IMG/VR virus record: IMGVR_UViG_3300045971_000409
Span: 1 to 64,000 of that record
Source: a virus
Direction: 5' to 3' (one strand)
Length of the DNA: 64,000 bases
Part shown: in pieces, positions 48,134 to 55,027 of the stretch
Layout: each line of letters starts with the position of its first letter
Numbering within the stretch: position 1 is the first letter of the stretch
Translations under genes and position numbers: made by a program
The notes under the pieces: model-generated
Database searches by the model: none
What the model was told of the DNA's origin: nothing
Seen by the model: the letters and a program-made list of their open reading frames with translations, nothing else

Positions 48134-50266
48134 ATGCAACCCAAGAAGCTGTACAGTACTATTACCGAAGGCGATCTTTTCGAGACCATGAATCTCGGAG
48201 AGGCCAAAGAGTTATTGGGGGGCAAGGCTTCCGGCCTGTTCGTCATGACTCAACTCGGTATCCCTGTACCCCCCGCAATGACTATCCCAACCGTAGAATG
48301 TATCAAGTTCTTATCTGAGGCAAAGGAAGAGTCAGTACAGACCAGACTCAATTTTCTGGTAGATGAAGTCCTCACCGCGATAAAGACCGATATCGTTCCG
48401 CAGTTCGGATACACCCCGTTGTTCTCCGTTCGTTCCGGGGCTCGGGTGTCAATGCCAGGTATGATGGATACCATTCTCAACGTGGGACTGACCCCGGATA
48501 CCTTGGAAGAGTGGTTTCCGCGTATCGGGGAGTGGGCCTCCTGGGATAGCTACCGTCGCCTCATTCAGATGATGGCTTCTGTGGCCCTTGAAGTTCCGAT
48601 GTCTCAGTTTGAAGAGGCCCTCACGGACGCGAAAAAAGAAGAGAATGTGACTGAGGATACCGCCCTTTCAGTATCCGCCCTTCGCAAACTGGTTATCCGT
48701 TACAAGAAACTGGTCAAGGCCCATACCGGTAACGATTTCCCCACCACCCTTCGGGGGCAGTTATTGCTGGCCATCAAGTCGGTATTTCAATCGTGGGACA
48801 ACCCCCGCGCCCATACGTACCGCGCATTGAACAATATCCCCTACGATTGGGGCACCGCGGTAACAGTACAAGCCATGGTCTTCGGAAATCGTAACGAGCA
48901 GTCTTGCTCTGGTGTTCTCTTCACCCGAGACCCATCCACCGGGGATGATAATCTGGTAGGGGAGTTCCTACCTAACGCCCAGGGTGAGGACGTTGTTGCG
49001 GGAATCAGAACCCCTCTGCCCTTTGACGAACTGGAAAAATGGAACCCCAAGGTATGTTCTGACTTGAAGGCCGTCGCTGTTCGACTGGAAGATCACTACC
49101 GGGACATGCAAGACATAGAGTTCACGGTAGAGAATGGAAAGTTATATATCCTCCAGACCCGTAATGCCAAGCGATCACCAGAAGCAGCTCTCAGGGTAGC
49201 GGTAGACATGTACCACGATGAGCTGATTACTCTGTCTGATGTATCTCGAAGGCTCACCCCGGAATTGCTCTTGGGGTCCGACCACGTCAGTATCGACCCG
49301 GCTTATACGGGAAAACCTGCGGGGGTGGGCATCCCTGGGGGTGGTACCATCGTCAGTGGTGTCGCGGTATATACCTCTGAGGAAGCTATCGCCTGCAAAG
49401 AGCCCTGCATCCTGGTCTCCAAGGAAACTACCCCCGATGATATTGGGGGGATGCACGCCGCAGTGGGTATTCTCACCGCAACTGGGGGCTTAACTTCTCA
49501 CGCGGCCGTGGTGGCTCGGGGTATGGGTAAAACCTGCGTCGTCGGTTGTGGGGACCTGGGTAAAATCGGCTTTGTGTGGAAACTGGGAGAGACCCTGCTC
49601 CCCAAGAATGAATGGCTAACCATCAACGGTCTCACGGGGGAAGTATGGAAGGGGAAGGTACCACTGGTGACCAAGGGCATCAGTCCTGCGGCCCAGCAGA
49701 TAATAAGTATTCTGACCAAGGGTTATTCTCCGTTACTACTGGATGGGACCTTCGACTCACGCTTACGACTACCTTCGGTATGTGTGACCCCCGCCATAAC
49801 GAGTACCAACCTGAGACACGCGGCCCTACAGCATGATACAGTAGTTATCAATGGTACCGCCACAGTGAAACAACTGCATGTCGAAGACGATAAAGTACTC
49901 TCTGAATTGTTTAGTATTGATATCGCGGCCAGGGCTGAATATCAGGCTATAGGGGCAAAATTGAAGCAACTGCACACTTTAACTGCCCCAGACGTGGCAA
50001 TTTATGTTACAGTACCCCCCGACTCAGGCATTAATGTCAAGGATATGCCCAAGTTTAAAACGGTGCCTTCCGCCAATACGATAACCGATATCCTGAACTC
50101 GTCGGGATTGGTTGAATTACCCGCGGACACCTGTAAGACTTTATTCGAGGACCAGACGGGATTGCAATTGTTCCTAGATATGGCTGAAATGGCTGGCCGT
50201 AAGTTTAATATCCTACCCCCGGCTCAAACGTACACCGAGTTTATCCACCGCGTTTTGGGAGAGTAA
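48134..50266 (+). CDS. PPDK-like dikinase (ATP-grasp + phospho-His swivel domain; no pyruvate-binding barrel)
   Basis: 'LLGGKA', 'SVRSGARVSMPGMMDTILN', 'QGEDVVAGIRTP', 'QDIEFTVE...LQTR', 'GGLTSHAAVVARG'; unrelated ~200-aa C-terminus. Confidence 0.88.
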   Translation: MQPKKLYSTITEGDLFETMNLGEAKELLGGKASGLFVMTQLGIPVPPAMTIPTVECIKFLSEAKEESVQTRLNFLVDEVLTAIKTDIVPQFGYTPLFSVRSGARVSMPGMMDTILNVGLTPDTLEEWFPRIGEWASWDSYRRLIQMMASVALEVPMSQFEEALTDAKKEENVTEDTALSVSALRKLVIRYKKLVKAHTGNDFPTTLRGQLLLAIKSVFQSWDNPRAHTYRALNNIPYDWGTAVTVQAMVFGNRNEQSCSGVLFTRDPSTGDDNLVGEFLPNAQGEDVVAGIRTPLPFDELEKWNPKVCSDLKAVAVRLEDHYRDMQDIEFTVENGKLYILQTRNAKRSPEAALRVAVDMYHDELITLSDVSRRLTPELLLGSDHVSIDPAYTGKPAGVGIPGGGTIVSGVAVYTSEEAIACKEPCILVSKETTPDDIGGMHAAVGILTATGGLTSHAAVVARGMGKTCVVGCGDLGKIGFVWKLGETLLPKNEWLTINGLTGEVWKGKVPLVTKGISPAAQQIISILTKGYSPLLLDGTFDSRLRLPSVCVTPAITSTNLRHAALQHDTVVINGTATVKQLHVEDDKVLSELFSIDIAARAEYQAIGAKLKQLHTLTAPDVAIYVTVPPDSGINVKDMPKFKTVPSANTITDILNSSGLVELPADTCKTLFEDQTGLQLFLDMAEMAGRKFNILPPAQTYTEFIHRVLGE

Positions 50267-50267
50267 T

Positions 50268-50582
50268 ATGGCATTGATATTGGGATTAAAAAAGGGATGT
50301 TCCATGTACATAGGTGACACACGGGTCACCCTACACACGATTATAGGCCCCGAGGCGTTCCGCATCCAGGTATTCCAGAACAAGAAGAAACCCCACTACC
50401 TGCCCATAACCGGGGAAGAGAGTACAGAAATACTCCCTTCGGTATTTGTGTCTGCGGGCAACGGGGATTTAGAGACCGCACGGGTAGTAGTTGATGCCCC
50501 CCGCAGCATCACCATCCTTCGGGAAGGCCCGTACAAAAGGCATATCAATGGACAGACGTCAAAACTACCGCTTCACGAATAG
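50268..50582 (+). CDS. CsrA/RsmA-like RNA-binding protein with a tandem-duplicated fold
   Basis: N-terminal 'MALILGLKKGCSMYIGD' and C-terminal 'ARVVVDAPRSITILRE' match CsrA '[16 protein letters not shown]' and '[16 protein letters not shown]'. Confidence 0.75.
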   Translation: MALILGLKKGCSMYIGDTRVTLHTIIGPEAFRIQVFQNKKKPHYLPITGEESTEILPSVFVSAGNGDLETARVVVDAPRSITILREGPYKRHINGQTSKLPLHE

Positions 50583-51015
50583 TGCTTTACGACAAGCCGA
50601 AGAGTTATTCGGGGTCCTCAGTTTAGAGGACTTGCAGCACAAAATGGAGTTCTCAGCCCGAGTAACCCACGCCCACGGCAACCGACGCTTTCACAACTAC
50701 GTCTTCAATTTAGTAGGGGATGATTTAGTGACAGGAATCTACAGGTATATCGCGGGTGTGCATAAAAAGCAGGAAGGATGCCCTGTATGTGGGGGCTCCA
50801 AAAAATTGATTGTTTATGATGTGTGCGACTGTGTCTACAACCCACCACAAGGAGAATGTAAACTATGCAAGGGAATGAAGGAAGTAAAAACGGAACATAC
50901 CTGCACCTATTGCGGGTCGGATTCAAAGCCTTCAAGGATGGACTGCGCGAGGCCAAGAGAAGCTACTACGCGGGACAAGTTGAGAGCGTTCCAGCAGAGT
51001 TACAACCGGCGGTAA
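50548..51015 (+). CDS. Hypothetical protein with a DnaJ-like CxxCxG Zn finger
   Basis: CPVCGG, CKLCKG, CTYCG. Confidence 0.6.
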   Translation: MDRRQNYRFTNSALRQAEELFGVLSLEDLQHKMEFSARVTHAHGNRRFHNYVFNLVGDDLVTGIYRYIAGVHKKQEGCPVCGGSKKLIVYDVCDCVYNPPQGECKLCKGMKEVKTEHTCTYCGSDSKPSRMDCARPREATTRDKLRAFQQSYNRR

Positions 51016-51527
51016 GCAACGCGGACCTTAAGGCTATCCAGCGCAAGGCTCTGCTACACACCCTGGTCAAAGGTACTATGGATTTTCAGTTGGGTTCCAT
51101 CAAAGGTACGATATACGGGGGCCCTTATCGTAGCAAGCCTTCTGATATTATTCACGGGGTCAACATGGCCAAGGAAATCAAGGCTCACGCCACTATCTAT
51201 GTGCCTACCGTGGATTTTAGTATCCCCGACTCGAATACCTTTCTGCTTGGCCTCATTCGTGGGGTGTTGGTTCTCAGGGAGCACGGGGAGATTTACGTGG
51301 GCTGTATGGGTGGTATCGGGCGCACCGGACTCTATCTCGGGGGCCTTGCCAAGATTATGTACTTGGCGGGAGAACTGGACGTAACCCCGGACGGACAACT
51401 CGCCCCCTATGTGAAGTACGTACGGGATAATTATTATGGCCACGCCATAGAAACTATTGAACAACTGGATTTCCTGGCCCGGTTGGATGTGAGTGGTATC
51501 ACCAAAGAATTACACTCCATAGCCTAG
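50865..51527 (+). CDS. Cys-based (PTP/dual-specificity) phosphatase (true start may be 51078)
   Basis: CX5R loop 'YVGCMGGIGRTG', 'VDFSIP', 'AIETIEQ'. Confidence 0.85.
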   Translation: MQGNEGSKNGTYLHLLRVGFKAFKDGLREAKRSYYAGQVESVPAELQPAVSNADLKAIQRKALLHTLVKGTMDFQLGSIKGTIYGGPYRSKPSDIIHGVNMAKEIKAHATIYVPTVDFSIPDSNTFLLGLIRGVLVLREHGEIYVGCMGGIGRTGLYLGGLAKIMYLAGELDVTPDGQLAPYVKYVRDNYYGHAIETIEQLDFLARLDVSGITKELHSIA

Positions 51528-51545
51528 CTATCCTACAAGAATTTC

Positions 51546-51574
51546 TTGCAAAATCACGTGGGAATCTATATACT
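51546..51574 (+). promoter_or_regulatory. Sigma70-like promoter (TTGC class)
   Basis: TTGCAA-17-TATACT, continuing TACACTATA. Confidence 0.75.
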
Positions 51575-51618
51575 TACACTATATAAATTCCCACGTGGTA
51601 CTTACAGGGAGGTAAACG

Positions 51619-52659
51619 ATGAACGTGTATCAGTACAATCAGCGGGCGTTAAAGAAGAATTTGAACTTCGGAGGAACGCCCGCCGAGCATTTAGCCACAG
51701 CCTTCAAGAACCGGCAGTACCATAACTCTATGCACCACACCAAGCAAACCCCCGAAGTGGATGCCCTGAATTTTTATCTGGGCAACCACATTTACGCGGT
51801 ACTAGCTGGTAGCCGTGACCTTTATGCCCCCCTGACCCAAGAAGAGCGTTACTTAGCCGATACGTACTTCACAATGACCCTGCCAATGGTTCATCGGGCC
51901 TTTTCGTATTTGTTCCTTATCTGCATGCGGGAAGCGCGTCACGTCAAAATATCGGACGGGACGTGGTGGCCTAAAATGCAGGCCAAGTTTACCCCGGCAG
52001 TAGTGCAATTCATGCAGAAGATTCAGCCTATGAGTAATGGGGTACACGTAGTATCTGCTTTTGTGAGTACGCCCCCGGAACACGTAAGTATCGGGGAACT
52101 CACCGAGGCGTTCATGTTCACTTACAAGAATGGCAAGTTTTCCCCCTCGTACGGAGGGCCCAAGTGGGGAGTAATTGCCGAAGTGTTGCACAATTACACC
52201 GTGGGTATCACGTCAGCGGAGATAATGCTTGATATAGTGTGGTCTCTGGCCCACAATACCGCGTCCATCTTCAATAAGGGGGTAGTATACGAGGGTAGTG
52301 GTGGGACCTTAGGCAGCATCCTGGATATTCAGCGGGCAGGACAGATACCACAGTTATTGAGCGAGCTACAGAAGCTAGGCCCCAACTACCTCAGCCTACC
52401 TGGGTCGTGGACCACCCAAGTACAAATGTCCCTGCTTACCGCGGCTCGCAAGCTATACCCGGAACTTGGTAGCTTGGTAAATTGGCCAGCAGTGGGTAAA
52501 TCTGCTATTGGAGGAGTGGCTTGGGTCAACTACAAACAAAAGCAAGAACAACATTACGGTGCGACTTCGGTTATTAACGCATCCAATGGAAGTAATGTCT
52601 TCTACGTGTCGAGTAAGGAGCAGTACAAAATCCTGACTCGGGCGCAACTCGCAGCATAG
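51619..52659 (+). CDS. Hypothetical protein, possibly an enzyme
   Basis: Own promoter and RBS; motif-like segments 'ICMREARH', 'SYGGPKW', 'LAHNTASIFNKG'. Confidence 0.75.
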   Translation: MNVYQYNQRALKKNLNFGGTPAEHLATAFKNRQYHNSMHHTKQTPEVDALNFYLGNHIYAVLAGSRDLYAPLTQEERYLADTYFTMTLPMVHRAFSYLFLICMREARHVKISDGTWWPKMQAKFTPAVVQFMQKIQPMSNGVHVVSAFVSTPPEHVSIGELTEAFMFTYKNGKFSPSYGGPKWGVIAEVLHNYTVGITSAEIMLDIVWSLAHNTASIFNKGVVYEGSGGTLGSILDIQRAGQIPQLLSELQKLGPNYLSLPGSWTTQVQMSLLTAARKLYPELGSLVNWPAVGKSAIGGVAWVNYKQKQEQHYGATSVINASNGSNVFYVSSKEQYKILTRAQLAA

Positions 52660-52679
52660 CCCCTTACATGGAGGTAACA

Positions 52680-53513
52680 ATGGGAAAGCCCACAGTAAAA
52701 TGTAATCTAAAATTGGAGTTCAAGGTGCAAGACGAAGACCGGGATGATGTGATAGTAACTCCCTTATCGGCCACGGGAGCACCCCTTGAGTCGTATGTAA
52801 CTACCGGTAAAATGGCCCCTGCCAGTCAGCGATCTAACGTAGTGCCCTTCACCCCCAAAGGGGCATCGACTAAATCGACACAGCCAAAGTGCCACCATTC
52901 GCATCCGGGGTTACCCATCCTTTGTTCTGATGGGATAACTCGTTTGGTGTATGGGGGCTCGTGCCTTGACCCTGTAATCAAAGACATGGATATATTCATT
53001 GGCTTAGATGGCGGGATGCAACACACAAAGAGACGTTATCCGTGGGAACCGGGCCTGGAGTATCTCTTCCCTATCCCTGACATGGGCGTACCTCCCGACC
53101 TGAGCTTGTTCAAGTCCCTGATTCAATATCTGTCTGAGCAGATTATGCTGGACAAAAAGATATTTATTGGGTGTATCGGTGGGCATGGCCGAACAGGATT
53201 AGTTCTATCGGTTCTTGTGCAATCAATTGCACAGGAAGCTGATGCGGTAACTTATGTGCGGGAGCATTATTGTAAAAAGGTAGTCGAGTCCTCCGTGCAA
53301 GTTGAGTGGCTAAACAAGAACTTTGGGATAACCAAAGTATCAGCGTCTAAGACAGGCCACACCGCAGCATCCCTATCCGCAACCGTCGGCTATAAGTCCT
53401 CGCTAGAGAGCTACAGTTCGTCGGCCTATCTGCCCAGCAACAATTCACCCAAGAAAGAAGTCCATCCCGTGTCTAGCAAGGGGTGTATATGGACGGGTAA
53501 TACACTGAAATAA
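52680..53513 (+). CDS. Cys-based (PTP/dual-specificity) phosphatase
   Basis: 'IPDMGVP', CX5R 'FIGCIGGHGRTG', 'VVESSVQ'; GGAGGT RBS before ATG 52680. Confidence 0.88.
   Translation: MGKPTVKCNLKLEFKVQDEDRDDVIVTPLSATGAPLESYVTTGKMAPASQRSNVVPFTPKGASTKSTQPKCHHSHPGLPILCSDGITRLVYGGSCLDPVIKDMDIFIGLDGGMQHTKRRYPWEPGLEYLFPIPDMGVPPDLSLFKSLIQYLSEQIMLDKKIFIGCIGGHGRTGLVLSVLVQSIAQEADAVTYVREHYCKKVVESSVQVEWLNKNFGITKVSASKTGHTAASLSATVGYKSSLESYSSSAYLPSNNSPKKEVHPVSSKGCIWTGNTLK
53218..53232 (+). repeat. Dispersed motif, copy 11 (in a phosphatase gene)
   Basis: tgTGCAATCAATTGCACa. Confidence 0.9.
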
Positions 53514-53514
53514 C

Positions 53515-53543
53515 TTTACTTTCACCCCGGAATACTCTATAAT
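53515..53543 (+). promoter_or_regulatory. Sigma70-like promoter
   Basis: TTTACT-17-TATAAT. Confidence 0.65.
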
Positions 53544-53579
53544 CTTCTTAATACATACCACTACAAGGAGGTAATCATT

Positions 53580-54362
53580 ATGTCAGTAATTTATGGGGGT
53601 GCTTTGGATATCGGTAAAGTATTCACTGCCTTCCACTTGGAGGGGGAATACGAGGCCCTCAAGAATAATGGGGTACAGGTTAAGAGCGGGGTAAACAAGC
53701 TCTTGTTTATTAAGTACGGGTCCACCCTCAAGACCGTTACCCTACCGGGGGGCAGCATTGATCAGGCTATGAAAGGGGAACTTATGCCTCTTTCGTTTAG
53801 CCATCTCAAAGGGCAGTTGGAAACGGCTATCGAACAGGCTCTTGCTATGGCCAATACGACACCGGGGTCTACGCCATCAACCCCTAAGAAGAAATGGACT
53901 TCTTCTTACGGTGCGACCCCAAACCCCAAGCCCAATTTTACCCCGCCCCCAGGGGCTTCGGGACCCGAACCAAGCCAGTTCGCTACGCCTACGACGCTTT
54001 CGTTTGGCCATCCTTCTAAGTATGGGGAACCGGACTGTACTCTGTACAGCGCACTGGCCCTCTACCAGAAGGTACCGGGCACCACCGCAGGCAGTCTCTA
54101 CACGGTAGTAGCCATGGGACCGGGTATCAATATGGCGGCCAGGGTACAAGGGCAGAAGGTATCTATTCGGGTACAGGGGTCGAATTTCCAGCAGTACAAG
54201 CCCATGTTCCTGGCTAATGATTTCACGGTGCATGAGTCTCACGCTTCCATCCACATTGACTGTGAAACTTCGGTTCGAGTTGGGCGGGTAATAGGGGCGG
54301 TAATTATGGGGCTAGGAATCTTTCAGTCACCGTTACCTGACCTCAAAAAACTGGTAGCATAG
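53580..54362 (+). CDS. Hypothetical two-domain protein with a Pro/Thr linker
   Basis: AAGGAGGT RBS; ORF track. Confidence 0.7.
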   Translation: MSVIYGGALDIGKVFTAFHLEGEYEALKNNGVQVKSGVNKLLFIKYGSTLKTVTLPGGSIDQAMKGELMPLSFSHLKGQLETAIEQALAMANTTPGSTPSTPKKKWTSSYGATPNPKPNFTPPPGASGPEPSQFATPTTLSFGHPSKYGEPDCTLYSALALYQKVPGTTAGSLYTVVAMGPGINMAARVQGQKVSIRVQGSNFQQYKPMFLANDFTVHESHASIHIDCETSVRVGRVIGAVIMGLGIFQSPLPDLKKLVA

Positions 54363-54370
54363 GGGGTATT

Positions 54371-54610
54371 ATGAGTGAACTTATCGACTTCGCCAATGCC
54401 GTGAAAGACATGAATCTAGGGGATGTGTTCAGCGTGGGCACCCCCTTTCCTCCGTTGAGCGCGGAGCCTTTAGAGTGGTCCTGCATTGCCGTGAAAGAGA
54501 GGGACGGACTGCCGGTAAAAACCTTTGTCCTACATTGGTTAGGGGTTCTAATCGACTCACGGGAATTAATCGTCAATACGGATGGTAGCGTACGCTGCAA
54601 GGGAGTATAA
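54371..54610 (+). CDS. Hypothetical protein
   Basis: ORF track; tight packing. Confidence 0.55.
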   Translation: MSELIDFANAVKDMNLGDVFSVGTPFPPLSAEPLEWSCIAVKERDGLPVKTFVLHWLGVLIDSRELIVNTDGSVRCKGV

Positions 54611-54613
54611 ACC

Positions 54614-55027
54614 ATGCTGAATCCTACTACGTTTTACAAGATGGCGGACCTTCTGGGAATGACTCTGAGCCTGGAGAAAGGTAGAGTCTACGGGTCTGTG
54701 GGTGTGGCCGTAAAAGATACCCCTTACAAACTGAACATGACCGTGATAGATTACGCCAACCTGAAAGACGAGGACACCAAAGCCAGTGGGGTACATTGTC
54801 TGCTCATCAACATAGGCAGTAAGGGCTACTTCCTTTTGACGGATAATAGTCGCAGCAACTCTCTGGTATTTGTGAACTCGGACAAACTGCCCATCAGTCT
54901 CGCCACCCTAAAGCTCGCCAAGTGTGCCTCTACTCCCCGCGAGTTATTCGCCTATTTGAAGCCGGGCATTGTAGCCGCCTGGAAATTCAATCGGGGCACT
55001 GAGGTATGGGACCCCCTGCCATGCTGA
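54614..55027 (+). CDS. Hypothetical protein
   Basis: GGAG RBS; ORF track. Confidence 0.6.
   Translation: MLNPTTFYKMADLLGMTLSLEKGRVYGSVGVAVKDTPYKLNMTVIDYANLKDEDTKASGVHCLLINIGSKGYFLLTDNSRSNSLVFVNSDKLPISLATLKLAKCASTPRELFAYLKPGIVAAWKFNRGTEVWDPLPC

Noticed and set aside
48134-50266. Functional ppdK auxiliary metabolic gene
   Set aside because: The pyruvate/PEP-binding domain motifs are absent, so the gene symbol was withheld.
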